A stretch of DNA of 64,000 nt, from NCBI GenBank assembly GCA_016176465.1, contig JACOXD010000010.1:7497-71496 (forward strand). The letters run 5' to 3'. This document shows, piece by piece, positions 50,151 through 59,477 of this stretch (its first letter is position 1; each line of letters opens with the position of its first letter). A model generated the notes under the pieces. It was not told the DNA's origin and did no database searches. It saw only the letters and a program-made list of their open reading frames with translations. The position numbers and the translations under genes were made by a program. Origin of the DNA: Candidatus Daviesbacteria bacterium (lineage in GTDB: Bacteria; Patescibacteriota; Microgenomatia; Daviesbacterales; UBA10151).

Positions 50151-50300
50151 ATGAGTAAAAGTAAATTATATACCTGTCCTGAATGTAGATTCTCTTATAA
50201 AGATAAGGCTTTAGCTAAAAAATGTGAGGCTTGGTGCAAAAAGTACAATAGCTGTAATTTAGAAATTACAAAATACTCAGTAAACAGGGAGGTGTTGTAA
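50151..50300 (+). CDS. 49-aa Cys-rich small protein, not in the ORF track
   Basis: [49 protein letters not shown]; fills the gap between cupredoxin and copA. Confidence 0.75.
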   Translation: MSKSKLYTCPECRFSYKDKALAKKCEAWCKKYNSCNLEITKYSVNREVL

Positions 50301-50305
50301 AAAGT

Positions 50306-52735
50306 ATGCCAGCAGTGAGCAAGCTCTCTCCTTTGGAGATAAAAAGAACATTTTCAGTACAAGGAATGCACTGTGCTTCCTGCGTGAGGCTTATTGAAAG
50401 AGCTTTGAGTAGAACTAATGGCATATCAGAGGCAAATGTTAATCTTGCAACTAACAAAGCCACCATCACTTATGATCCTAAAAGTGTTAATGATGAGCAA
50501 ATAGAATCTTCTGTATCCAATATAGGTTATAAAGCATTATTAGACGAGGAAGTTAAATCAGAAGATGATGAGAAAAAAGAAAAACAAAAAGAATTAAGAA
50601 AGTTACAGCATAAAGTTGGTATAAGTTTATTTTTAGGATTACTAATTTTATGGGGTTCTTTTCCGGGTTTAATGAATACTGCCCCAGCTATTTTAAGAAA
50701 TTTTTGGATACAGCTTCTCCTTGCTACCCCAGTTCAATTTTGGGCAGGTTTAGATTTTTATAGAGCTACTATTCCAGCATTAAAACATAGAACAGCTAAC
50801 ATGGACACTTTAGTGGCAATTGGTACAACTGTCGCTTATAGTTATTCAGCTTTTGTCACAGCCCTTCCTCAGGTAGTTAAAAGTATTGGTATTGATCCTC
50901 TCCCTTACTTTGATGTGGCAACTATAATTATTGGTTTAATACTTCTTGGTAGATATTTTGAGGCTAAAGCTAAGGCTGGTACGTCTGAAGCAATTAAAAA
51001 ACTAATAGGTTTGCAGGCAAAAACAGCCAGAGTTTTGAGACTCTCCTCTGTCATCTCGAACGATAGTGAGAGATCTGCAGATTCTAATCTAGAGATTTCT
51101 CTCCGCCAGCTGGCGGATCGAAATGACAAAAGTGAAACAAGTGATGAGAGCAAATATTTAGAAGTAGATATTCCTATAGATCAGGTGGTTATAGGAGATA
51201 TCATTAGAGTACGTCCTGGAGAAAAAATTCCAGTTGATGGAGAAATTTTGGAGGGAGAATCCTCAATTGATGAATCAATGATTACGGGAGAAAGTATTCC
51301 AGCTGACAAAACTAAGGGCGATACAGTCGTAGGTGCAACAATTAATAAATCAGGAACATTTACTTATAAAGCTACCAAAGTAGGACAAGAGACTATGCTT
51401 GCCCAAATTATTAAACTTGTTCAAGAAGCTCAGGGTTCAAAAGCTCCTATCCAAAGAATTGCAGATCTTATTTCCTCTTACTTTGTACCTATTGTCATAA
51501 TACTTGCTTTTGCTACCTTTGGTATCTGGTATGTATTTGGTCCAACCCCAGCTCTTTTATACGCACTTCTAAATACTGTAGCAGTTTTAATTATTGCCTG
51601 TCCTTGTGCCATGGGACTGGCTACACCAACAGCTATTATGGTAGGTACAGGAAAGGGTGCAGAGCATGGAATTTTAATTAAAGATGCAGAAAGTTTAGAA
51701 ACTGCCCACAAAATTAAGACGGTCATCTTTGATAAAACTGGAACTTTAACAAAAGGAAAACCAGAAGTGACAGATATCATTGCGAGGAGTGAAATGATGA
51801 AGCAATCTATAAAGAGAAGATCGCCACGCTTCGCTCGCGATGGCATACTTCGTTTGGCTGCTTCAATAGAAAAAGGCTCTGAACATTCTTTAGCTGAGGC
51901 AATAGTCCAAGAAGCTGAAAAACAAAATATTCAACTGGAACCTGTCACAAAGTTCAAAGCTATTGCAGGGCATGGAGTGGAAGGAGTTGTTGATGGAAAG
52001 CAAGTTTATTTTGGAAACCGAAAATTAATGGAAAGAGAAAAAGTAAGAATCCTAAAACTTGTTCAGGATGACATAGAAAGGTTAGAAAGTGAAGGTAAAA
52101 CTGTAATGATATTAGCAACCTCCTCCCGTCATTCTGAGCGAAGCGAAGAATCTCAACTTATTGGTCTTGTGGCTGTAGCAGATACCGTCAAAGATACTGC
52201 TAAAGAAGGTGTAAAAGCTTTGCAGAAAATGGGTATAGAAGTTGTTATGATCACTGGAGATAACACAAGAAGTGCTAAAGCTATTGCAGATCAGGTAGGT
52301 ATTAAAAGAGTTTTGGCAGAAGTACTACCAGATCAAAAAGAAGCTGAAGTAAGGAAGATTCAAGCGGAGGGCAAAAAAGTGGCAATGGTTGGAGATGGGA
52401 TTAATGATGCACCCGCCTTAGCAGCAGCAGATATTGGAATAGCTATGGGAAGTGGTACGGATGTGGCAATTGAGGCAGCGGATATTACCTTAATAAATAA
52501 GGACCTTAAATCTGTAGCTCAAGCTATTAACCTCTCCAAAAAGACAATGAGAACTATAAAATTAAATCTTTTTTGGGCATTTGGCTATAATGTTTCACTG
52601 ATTCCTGTAGCAATGGGAGTTTTATATCCTTTTTGGGGAATATTGTTAAATCCAATCTTTGCCTCAGTTGCTATGGCCACAAGTTCTATATCAGTTGTTG
52701 GAAACTCATTACTTTTAAAAAGAGTAAGGATTTAA
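50306..52735 (+). CDS. copA: Cu(I)-translocating P1B ATPase with four repeat insertions
   Basis: [29 protein letters not shown]...MA.SS. Confidence 0.95.
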   Translation: MPAVSKLSPLEIKRTFSVQGMHCASCVRLIERALSRTNGISEANVNLATNKATITYDPKSVNDEQIESSVSNIGYKALLDEEVKSEDDEKKEKQKELRKLQHKVGISLFLGLLILWGSFPGLMNTAPAILRNFWIQLLLATPVQFWAGLDFYRATIPALKHRTANMDTLVAIGTTVAYSYSAFVTALPQVVKSIGIDPLPYFDVATIIIGLILLGRYFEAKAKAGTSEAIKKLIGLQAKTARVLRLSSVISNDSERSADSNLEISLRQLADRNDKSETSDESKYLEVDIPIDQVVIGDIIRVRPGEKIPVDGEILEGESSIDESMITGESIPADKTKGDTVVGATINKSGTFTYKATKVGQETMLAQIIKLVQEAQGSKAPIQRIADLISSYFVPIVIILAFATFGIWYVFGPTPALLYALLNTVAVLIIACPCAMGLATPTAIMVGTGKGAEHGILIKDAESLETAHKIKTVIFDKTGTLTKGKPEVTDIIARSEMMKQSIKRRSPRFARDGILRLAASIEKGSEHSLAEAIVQEAEKQNIQLEPVTKFKAIAGHGVEGVVDGKQVYFGNRKLMEREKVRILKLVQDDIERLESEGKTVMILATSSRHSERSEESQLIGLVAVADTVKDTAKEGVKALQKMGIEVVMITGDNTRSAKAIADQVGIKRVLAEVLPDQKEAEVRKIQAEGKKVAMVGDGINDAPALAAADIGIAMGSGTDVAIEAADITLINKDLKSVAQAINLSKKTMRTIKLNLFWAFGYNVSLIPVAMGVLYPFWGILLNPIFASVAMATSSISVVGNSLLLKRVRI

Positions 52736-52736
52736 A

Positions 52737-53324
52737 ATGAAAGCATTACCTTCAAAGTTTATTTTAACAAAAAAACCTAAGGAATATTTAAAACAAGGGC
52801 TAACTCATTGTGGTGCTTACTCTGTAAAAGCTATTATAGAAGCATTTGATAAAGACTACAAAAAAGATCCAAGAGATTATCACACTTTTTGGTTAAATAG
52901 ATTAATAGGTACAGGGCTATGGAGATCTTATTATGTGGATATATTAAAATCATTTGATTTAAACGCAAAAGCCAAAGAAGCTAAGAGTCTAACAGACAAA
53001 GAACATTTAGATTTACTTAAGCAATTATTATCCACTAATAATCCTGTGATGATCTATGTTGGGAATGGTTATACAAAAACTGGTGAATACAATAAGCTGC
53101 GAGCAGCACTAGTTGGTCATTGGGTCACTCTTTGGGGTTATTCTGATTCAGAACAAGTATTTTATGTATATGATTCTGCTGCCCCAAAAAAGTTATACGA
53201 TAATGTTCCAGTCGGTAATAAAAAAAGAACTTATGAGCAAATATTAAGAGATTGGAAGGGTGCAAAAATTACTAAATTTATTTGGCCCTGGGAATATTTC
53301 TATATAGAAGTAAAAAATCAATGA
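52737..53324 (+). CDS. Peptidase C39-like cysteine protease
   Basis: Q....CG.YS, GHW...GY, VYDS. Confidence 0.7.
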   Translation: MKALPSKFILTKKPKEYLKQGLTHCGAYSVKAIIEAFDKDYKKDPRDYHTFWLNRLIGTGLWRSYYVDILKSFDLNAKAKEAKSLTDKEHLDLLKQLLSTNNPVMIYVGNGYTKTGEYNKLRAALVGHWVTLWGYSDSEQVFYVYDSAAPKKLYDNVPVGNKKRTYEQILRDWKGAKITKFIWPWEYFYIEVKNQ

Positions 53325-53602
53325 AAAAACATTTCTTACTATTTTTTCTAGATGATTTTCATCAAGGGGCTATGAATCATTTAATACATTTTGTGGGTTT
53401 CACAGTTTTAGGATACGGATTAGGAAAACCAAGTTTATTTTTAATAATACTCTCTCCTTTTATAATGGAATCAGGACATATTTATAATTATTTAACTGGA
53501 AGACATAAAGAGCTAGCTATAAAAATAATTCCTTTACAGCTTTTAGCATGGGTTATATTTGTAGGCATCGGCTATTTAATTGCTAATTTTTTTGGATACT
53601 AA
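53321..53602 (+). CDS. Small His-containing membrane protein
   Basis: H....NH.IH..G, E.GH motifs. Confidence 0.6.
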   Translation: MKKHFLLFFLDDFHQGAMNHLIHFVGFTVLGYGLGKPSLFLIILSPFIMESGHIYNYLTGRHKELAIKIIPLQLLAWVIFVGIGYLIANFFGY

Positions 53603-53605
53603 ATA

Positions 53606-53757
53606 ATGGGTCTTTGGATAATATTTTTAACTGGTCTAACAGTTGGAGGCTTAACTTATTTAGCCGTACAAGGAGGTCTTCTTGCCTCAGTTGCTATGGC
53701 CACAAGTTCTATATCAGTAGTTCTAACTCTTTATTGTTAAAGAGGTTCAAGATATGA
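53606..53757 (+). pseudogene. Chimeric deletion scar: 5' of a DsbD/TauE-like gene fused to the 3' end of copA
   Basis: MGLWIIFLTGLTVGGLTYLAVQGGLLAS matches the 62235 start; ttgcctcagttgctatggccacaagttctatatcagt is identical to the copA end. Confidence 0.85.
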
Positions 53758-53835
53758 ACCAGACATGTCCTTTCGTTGAGGTATTCTTCCCATTTTTGAA
53801 ATAACTAGTTAACTCTGATTCTGTAGTTTAACTCT

Positions 53836-53872
53836 TTGACATCTGAATGCAGGGATACTACACTTAGTAGTA
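53836..53872 (+). promoter_or_regulatory. Promoter with TACTAC-N5-GTAGTA operator 1
   Basis: TTGACA-17-TACACT overlapped by tactacacttagtagta. Confidence 0.8.
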
Positions 53873-53894
53873 GATATTAGAACGAACCAATAAA

Positions 53895-54941
53895 ATGAAC
53901 AAAATACTAATTCTTATAGTTCTATTAATCGTATCAGCAGCAGGGATATTTTTGTATATAAATAGATTTCAAAAACCAGTTGAAGTCTCTCAAGAGGTCT
54001 TGAATAAACTTAATGAAAATAAACCTACTCTTTCCCAAGATGAGGATAGGTTTTTAAATCTGCTTGAGCAAAACGCAGTCTCAGGTGGTCCTCCAAAAGA
54101 TGGCATCCCCGCCATAGATAAACCTCAATATACAACTGCTGCTGAAGCTGATTCTTGGCTTTTACCAAATGATGTTGTTTTTGGAATAGATTACCAAGGT
54201 TTTGTTGCAGCATACCCTCAAAGGATTTTAGTTTGGCATGAAATATTAAATGATCAAATAAACAGACAAAAGGTATCTATTAGTTATTGTCCTCTAACTG
54301 GCACTGCCATTGGTTTTGAGGCTTCAGTAACTAAAGATCTAGATTCATCCTTTGGAGCATCAGGAAAGTTGGTTAACTCTAATTTAATTATGTATGACAG
54401 AATTAGTGATTCCTACTGGCCTCAAATTTTAGGTAAAGCCATTAATGGTCCAGCTAAGGGGAGGAATTTGCAAGAGTTTCCAGTAGTTTGGACAACATGG
54501 GATAAATGGAAAACAAAGTTTCCAGAAACAAAAGTACTTTCTAAAAATACTGGATTTGTTCGTAACTATGATGTTAATGGTGATCCCTATGGATCATATC
54601 TTAGAGAAGATAAAGGATATTATGCTTCTGACAGGCTAATTTTTGAACCGATAAATAAGCAAAGCTTTTCTTCGAATAAGGATGATCGTTTAAAACCGAA
54701 AACAGTAGTAGTGGGAATTCGTGATAAGGATGGTAATGCTGTAGCAATTTTGAAAGATTCTCTGCGCCAACAAAAGAAAATGGAAGTTTCTTTAGGAGAT
54801 AAAGTGGTGGTAGTTGATTATGATCAAAGCCTAGATTTTTACCAAGCATCTGTAAAAGATACAAAAGAAGCGATTAATGCTTTTGATGCTATGTGGTTTG
54901 CCTGGGTAGCATTCTATCCCAATACTAAGTTAATAGAATAA
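53895..54941 (+). CDS. DUF3179 protein
   Basis: GGPPKDGIPAID.P, AYP..IL.WHEI.ND, YCPLTG, SG.L..SNL.MYDR. Confidence 0.9.
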   Translation: MNKILILIVLLIVSAAGIFLYINRFQKPVEVSQEVLNKLNENKPTLSQDEDRFLNLLEQNAVSGGPPKDGIPAIDKPQYTTAAEADSWLLPNDVVFGIDYQGFVAAYPQRILVWHEILNDQINRQKVSISYCPLTGTAIGFEASVTKDLDSSFGASGKLVNSNLIMYDRISDSYWPQILGKAINGPAKGRNLQEFPVVWTTWDKWKTKFPETKVLSKNTGFVRNYDVNGDPYGSYLREDKGYYASDRLIFEPINKQSFSSNKDDRLKPKTVVVGIRDKDGNAVAILKDSLRQQKKMEVSLGDKVVVVDYDQSLDFYQASVKDTKEAINAFDAMWFAWVAFYPNTKLIE

Positions 54942-54942
54942 A

Positions 54943-55506
54943 ATGTTAGCGTTATTTTTATCAATAATTACACAGAGAAAATTTTTCTTAGTAGCCTTGA
55001 TTGTTTTTGTGGTATATATTCTAATTTATTTAGCTGCAGTAGGACATTTGATCTTCACATCCCGCATGGAGCCAGCTTATTCATTTTTAGAAGTAAAATT
55101 CTTGACAAACTGGCAACAACTTCTACTGCGACAAAGGTCACCTTTTTTGTTTGAAGCAATTGGGGCAATCTATATAGGTCCCAATATCAAACTATTTCTC
55201 TCAATTCCTAACTTGATACTTGCTTCAGTGTTAGGATTTCTTGTCGGATCTAACTTTGCCTTAAGTTATTATAACTTTAAGAGATTAGGGTTATCAGGTG
55301 GAAAAGGAGCAGTTGCACTTTTGGGAACCATTCCGGCTATTGTTTCGGGAAGTGTTTGTTGTGTTCCTACTCTGATTCTGGTGCTAGGATTACAATTAAC
55401 AGCTACTTTAGCCACAGCGTGGTCTTTTTTTATTCCACTTTCAATAATCCTGCTTATTTTAAGTCTAGTATGGTCTGTAAAAAGAATTGAAACTGGAAGA
55501 TTGTGA
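54943..55506 (+). CDS. Membrane protein with CC motif
   Basis: FEAI; SG..CCVP in a TM region. Confidence 0.6.
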   Translation: MLALFLSIITQRKFFLVALIVFVVYILIYLAAVGHLIFTSRMEPAYSFLEVKFLTNWQQLLLRQRSPFLFEAIGAIYIGPNIKLFLSIPNLILASVLGFLVGSNFALSYYNFKRLGLSGGKGAVALLGTIPAIVSGSVCCVPTLILVLGLQLTATLATAWSFFIPLSIILLILSLVWSVKRIETGRL

Positions 55507-55522
55507 GGGGAGGTGAAGAATA

Positions 55523-55771
55523 ATGGCAAAAGTAAAAGTTTATTCAATAACAACGTGTCCATATTGTCATATGCTCAAAGAATATTTAAAGGAGAAGAAT
55601 GTAGCTTTTGAAGATATAGTTCTTGACTACAGTCCCGATAAGGCAGTCGAGGCTATTCACATATGTCAGTCAATGGGTGTCCCTTGCACACATATCGTAA
55701 AGGACGATGGAAAGGAAGTTGCCATCTTGGGATTTGACAAAGAAGCAATAGATCGCGCACTCGGACTGTAA
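55523..55771 (+). CDS. Glutaredoxin/NrdH-like protein
   Basis: CPYC, GVP, GFD. Confidence 0.9.
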   Translation: MAKVKVYSITTCPYCHMLKEYLKEKNVAFEDIVLDYSPDKAVEAIHICQSMGVPCTHIVKDDGKEVAILGFDKEAIDRALGL

Positions 55772-55780
55772 TGGAGGGAG

Positions 55781-57193
55781 GTGCAAAAGGTTATTAATAA
55801 AAACATGAATAACAAATATGATGTTATTGTAATTGGGGGAGGATCGGCAGGGTTTTCTGTTTTGGAGCAGATTGCCCATAAAGGCTTAAAGATTGCCCTG
55901 GTGGAAAATAGAAAATTGGGAGGATCTTGTCCTAATTTTGCCTGTGTACCCTCTAAAGCTTTAATCAAATGTGCTGAAGTTCTACACACAGCTTTGAATG
56001 CTGATAAATTTGGTATAAATGTTTCTAATATAGGATTTGACTGGAAAAGAGTACAAGAATTTAGAGCAGGTAAGGTAGCTAATACTGCTGCTGCAGAGTC
56101 TGAACAAGATTTAAAAGAAAAAGAGGTTGATCTTATTTGGGGCACTGCCAAGTTTATTTCAGCTTCTGAGATTGAAGTAGATGGGAAGATTTATTCAGCT
56201 GATAAGTTTGCCATTACCACCGGCTCAAGGCCTTTGGTTTTACCAATTGATGGTTTGGAAGAGATTGGTTTTTTAGATTCTGATCAAGGTCTGCAAATAG
56301 ATAAATTGCCTAAATCCTTAACTATACTAGGTGCTGGGCCTGTGGGAATTGAAATAGCTCAGATGTTTGCCAGATTTGGGGTCAAAGTAGCAGTGATCAA
56401 TAGAGGTGGACAGATACTTGGTAGAGAAGAACCAGAAGTGGCAAATCTCGTTCAGGGATTTTTAGAAAAAGAGGGAGTGGAGTTTTTATTAAATGCTCAA
56501 GTTAAAAAAGTGATGCTTCAGCGTCATCCTGAGCGCAGCGAAGGATCTCAAAATCTGAAGCTACTGGAGATAGAAGTCAGTGGGCAGAAAGGAACAATGG
56601 AAGTGGAGCAAATTCTGGTTGCTCCAGGTAGGATTCCCAATATTGACATGCTTGATCTTAAAAAAGCTGGAGTGAAAACTTATGAGAGAGGAATTGTGGT
56701 TGATGAGTACATGCAGACCTCACAGCCTCACATCTATTCTGCTGGAGATGTGGCAGGAATCATGCTTTTTACCCATGCAGCATCTTATGAGGGCTTTATT
56801 ATTGGACAAAACCTCTTGGGCAACAAAATGGAGGTAGATCATAAGGTGATACCAAGAGGAACGTTTTCTGATCCGGAGGTAGGTAGCGTGGGAATAATGG
56901 AAAAAGAGGCCAGGGACAAGGGTTTGAAAGTACAAACTGCTTTGATGGATTATACAGGAGGGAGAGGAGATATCCAGGATGACCCCCTAGGATTAACTAA
57001 GGTGACTGTTGATGCTAAAACCAGACAAATCCTTGGGGCATCAGTAGTGGGTAGAGGCGCTGCTGAGTTTGTGCATATGATAGCCATGGCCATGCATCAT
57101 AAAATTAAAGTTGATGATTTAGATACTCTTGTTTATGCCTTTCCCACTTATGCAGAAGGGTTAGCTGGAATTACTTCCTATCTTAAGGATTAG
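55781..57193 (+). CDS. Class I pyridine nucleotide-disulfide oxidoreductase (MerA/Lpd-like)
   Basis: GGGSAG, GGSCPNFACVPSK, GAGPVG.E, YSAGD; no C-terminal Cys pair. Confidence 0.88.
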   Translation: MQKVINKNMNNKYDVIVIGGGSAGFSVLEQIAHKGLKIALVENRKLGGSCPNFACVPSKALIKCAEVLHTALNADKFGINVSNIGFDWKRVQEFRAGKVANTAAAESEQDLKEKEVDLIWGTAKFISASEIEVDGKIYSADKFAITTGSRPLVLPIDGLEEIGFLDSDQGLQIDKLPKSLTILGAGPVGIEIAQMFARFGVKVAVINRGGQILGREEPEVANLVQGFLEKEGVEFLLNAQVKKVMLQRHPERSEGSQNLKLLEIEVSGQKGTMEVEQILVAPGRIPNIDMLDLKKAGVKTYERGIVVDEYMQTSQPHIYSAGDVAGIMLFTHAASYEGFIIGQNLLGNKMEVDHKVIPRGTFSDPEVGSVGIMEKEARDKGLKVQTALMDYTGGRGDIQDDPLGLTKVTVDAKTRQILGASVVGRGAAEFVHMIAMAMHHKIKVDDLDTLVYAFPTYAEGLAGITSYLKD

Positions 57194-57196
57194 CAT

Positions 57197-57730
57197 ATGT
57201 ACAATCAACAAAAACTTTTAAAATTCAGAAAGCAAAAAGACGAAGCTTGGAAAGAAGATGCCCAGTCTCCCTTAGCTGAGGAGCAAAAGCGAAGCTTTAA
57301 AGGTCTAAATTATTTTCCTCCTAATCCTGATTTTAGTTTTGAACTAGAGTTAAATAAAAATATCCCTGGTGTGGGTGAGAGAGTAGTAATTAAAACAACG
57401 GGTGGGGATGAGCAGGTCTATTTAAGAGCTGGAAGGGTCAAGTTCAATGTTGAGGGTAAAGAGGTAGAGGCATTAGTGTTTGAAGATCCAGAGCAAGAAC
57501 AGTTTCAATATTATTTATTATTTAGAGACCAAACAACAGGAAAGGAAACTTATGAAAATGGCAGAATGTTACAAATCCCTAAAAAAGGAGATAAGTTAGT
57601 AATCGATTTTAATTATGCATATAATCCCTATAGCTCATATAATAACAATTGGGATTGTCCAATTACCCCTCAAGAAAATATCTTACCTTTGGCAATTCAG
57701 GCTGGAGAAAAGATTTTTAAGAACTTATGA
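57197..57730 (+). CDS. DUF1684 protein
   Basis: F.D.T.G.ETY..GR, DFN.AYNP, CP..P.EN.L...I.AGE. Confidence 0.9.
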   Translation: MYNQQKLLKFRKQKDEAWKEDAQSPLAEEQKRSFKGLNYFPPNPDFSFELELNKNIPGVGERVVIKTTGGDEQVYLRAGRVKFNVEGKEVEALVFEDPEQEQFQYYLLFRDQTTGKETYENGRMLQIPKKGDKLVIDFNYAYNPYSSYNNNWDCPITPQENILPLAIQAGEKIFKNL

Positions 57731-57772
57731 ATGTTGTGTATAAAATTCTGCCTGGAAGGGGGTGATAGCTTA

Positions 57773-58000
57773 ATGAAGAAACTTCTTATAGGAGGGGTTG
57801 CAGCTGCAATAATGTATGCAAGCATGGTAGTACCTGTTTTTGCTGATGGGCCAACTAGTCCCAATGTTAGTCCAGTTGTTGTTCCCTTAGCTCAGACAGG
57901 AACTTTTGGTCAAACTGTTTGTAGCGTTCTTGGCCAGGCTAATCTTGAGAATAATGTGGTTTTAACAGTACAGGGGCATGACCCCTCTCACATTAACTGA
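57773..58000 (+). CDS. Small secreted hypothetical protein
   Basis: SD GGGGTGA; signal peptide MKKLL...PVFA. Confidence 0.55.
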   Translation: MKKLLIGGVAAAIMYASMVVPVFADGPTSPNVSPVVVPLAQTGTFGQTVCSVLGQANLENNVVLTVQGHDPSHIN

Positions 58001-58027
58001 AGTGGTCTACTTCCTAAAAATAAACAG

Positions 58028-58064
58028 TTGCTTTATTAAAAACTTAGTACTACACTAAGTAGTA
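58028..58064 (+). promoter_or_regulatory. Promoter with TACTAC-N5-GTAGTA operator 2
   Basis: TTGCTT-17-TACACT overlapped by tactacactaagtagta. Confidence 0.8.
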
Positions 58065-58069
58065 GTAAT

Positions 58070-58462
58070 ATGGAAAAACAGCAAAAGGTTGGTAAAGTGT
58101 TAGGTGAGTTAGAATCAGAAGTGATGGAGATAATTTGGCAATCTAAAATGCCAATTTCTGTAAGAACTGTTACTCAAATCTTGCAAACAAAGCGCCAGAT
58201 TGCTTATACAACAGTCATGACCATTATGGGGAGATTAACTGATAAAGGTTTGCTTAAGCGTACAGAATCTGGTAAAGCATATATTTACAGATCAGTCTAT
58301 TCAAAAGAAAAGTTTCTTACCAGAGTATCCCGCCAGATTATTAAAAATTTTGTTGCTAATTTTGGTGACGGCGCAGTAGCTCATTTTGCAGCGGAAGTGG
58401 AAAAACTAGAACCTTCTAAGAGGAAAGACTTAACTAAATTATTAAAGGAGGTAAGAAAATAG
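58070..58462 (+). CDS. BlaI/MecI/CopY family repressor
   Basis: LGELE.EVM..IW, AYTTVMT.M.RL..KG.L.R. Confidence 0.93.
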   Translation: MEKQQKVGKVLGELESEVMEIIWQSKMPISVRTVTQILQTKRQIAYTTVMTIMGRLTDKGLLKRTESGKAYIYRSVYSKEKFLTRVSRQIIKNFVANFGDGAVAHFAAEVEKLEPSKRKDLTKLLKEVRK

Positions 58463-58463
58463 C

Positions 58464-59477
58464 ATGGGTGCTAACAAAGCCTTCTGCATGCTCCTACTCT
58501 CTTTTGTTGTTGCTTTAGTTGGTTTGGGTACTGTGTTTTTTAAAACAGTTCCGCTCCTTCTTTCTCATGCAGTTTATGTTTGCCAAGAGACTTTCTCTAA
58601 TATTCTTTTTGGCATCTCGCATTCTGTTCCTCTTGTTCTAATTACTTTAGTAATCATGGTTTTACTTATTGGTCTTGTAACTTTATTGATACAAGTTTTA
58701 AAAACTAGAAATTATCTTAAGAAGCATATGAGAGAAAGAGTACCCATCCCCTCTAGTTTGATAGAAATAACCAAAGAACTTGGCTTAAATGATAGCGTTG
58801 ATGTTGTTAAAGATAGAAGTAAATTTTCTTTCTGTTATGGATTGATTCACCCTAGAATTTGTTTAAGTACAGGTCTTTTAAGATCATTAAATACAAGAGA
58901 ACTTAAAGCAGTGATACTTCATGAGAGTTACCATGTTAAAAATCGGGATCCACTTAAAATAATCCTTGGCAAAACAGCATCTTTAATGTTCTTCTTTATT
59001 CCATTGCTAAAAGATATTCAAAACTTCTATGCTTTATCAAAAGAGATAGCTGCAGATAAACTTGTGGTCGGTAATGGATATAGACATTCCCTAATTTCCG
59101 TTCTTTCAAAGCTTTTAGTGGCTGGCTCATCTAAATTCAGTGGCGTAGCAGCACTAGCTAGTTTAGATGATTTAGAAAGAAGGATACTGTTGCTCACAGG
59201 TAATCAGAAAAGATCAATATTTAAACCCTCACTGCTCAACATATCAATGTCGGCTTTTGTAGTTTTGTTTTCCCTGGCACTTATGAATACCCCAGCTTAT
59301 GCAGTTTCTGATCATGAAGGGTCTATGGAAAGCTCAATGTTTACTGCGAAGCAGGAAGTTTACTTCATTTGTCCTTTTGGGGATAAATGTGCGCTGTCTT
59401 GCAAGGCAAAGGAAGAGGAGGGTGGAAATTACAGTCAAGACTTAATGTATACACCGATGCATTACACACCAAAATGA
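58464..59477 (+). CDS. M56 (BlaR1-like) membrane metallopeptidase with Cys/Met-rich C-tail
   Basis: CYG...P.I..S.GL, HESYH...RDP, E..AD. Confidence 0.88.
   Translation: MGANKAFCMLLLSFVVALVGLGTVFFKTVPLLLSHAVYVCQETFSNILFGISHSVPLVLITLVIMVLLIGLVTLLIQVLKTRNYLKKHMRERVPIPSSLIEITKELGLNDSVDVVKDRSKFSFCYGLIHPRICLSTGLLRSLNTRELKAVILHESYHVKNRDPLKIILGKTASLMFFFIPLLKDIQNFYALSKEIAADKLVVGNGYRHSLISVLSKLLVAGSSKFSGVAALASLDDLERRILLLTGNQKRSIFKPSLLNISMSAFVVLFSLALMNTPAYAVSDHEGSMESSMFTAKQEVYFICPFGDKCALSCKAKEEEGGNYSQDLMYTPMHYTPK

Noticed and set aside
55781-57193. Mercuric reductase merA
   Set aside because: No C-terminal Cys-Cys pair, no NmerA domain, no mer genes.
1303-59473. ORF-track starts at 1303, 2711, 20410, 23414, 36816, 41226, 46987, 53282, 57731 and 59387
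   Set aside because: They lie inside repeats, terminators or upstream genes, or lack translation signals; downstream ATGs fit better.
58070-59477. Beta-lactam resistance locus
   Set aside because: No beta-lactamase and no penicillin-binding sensor domain.
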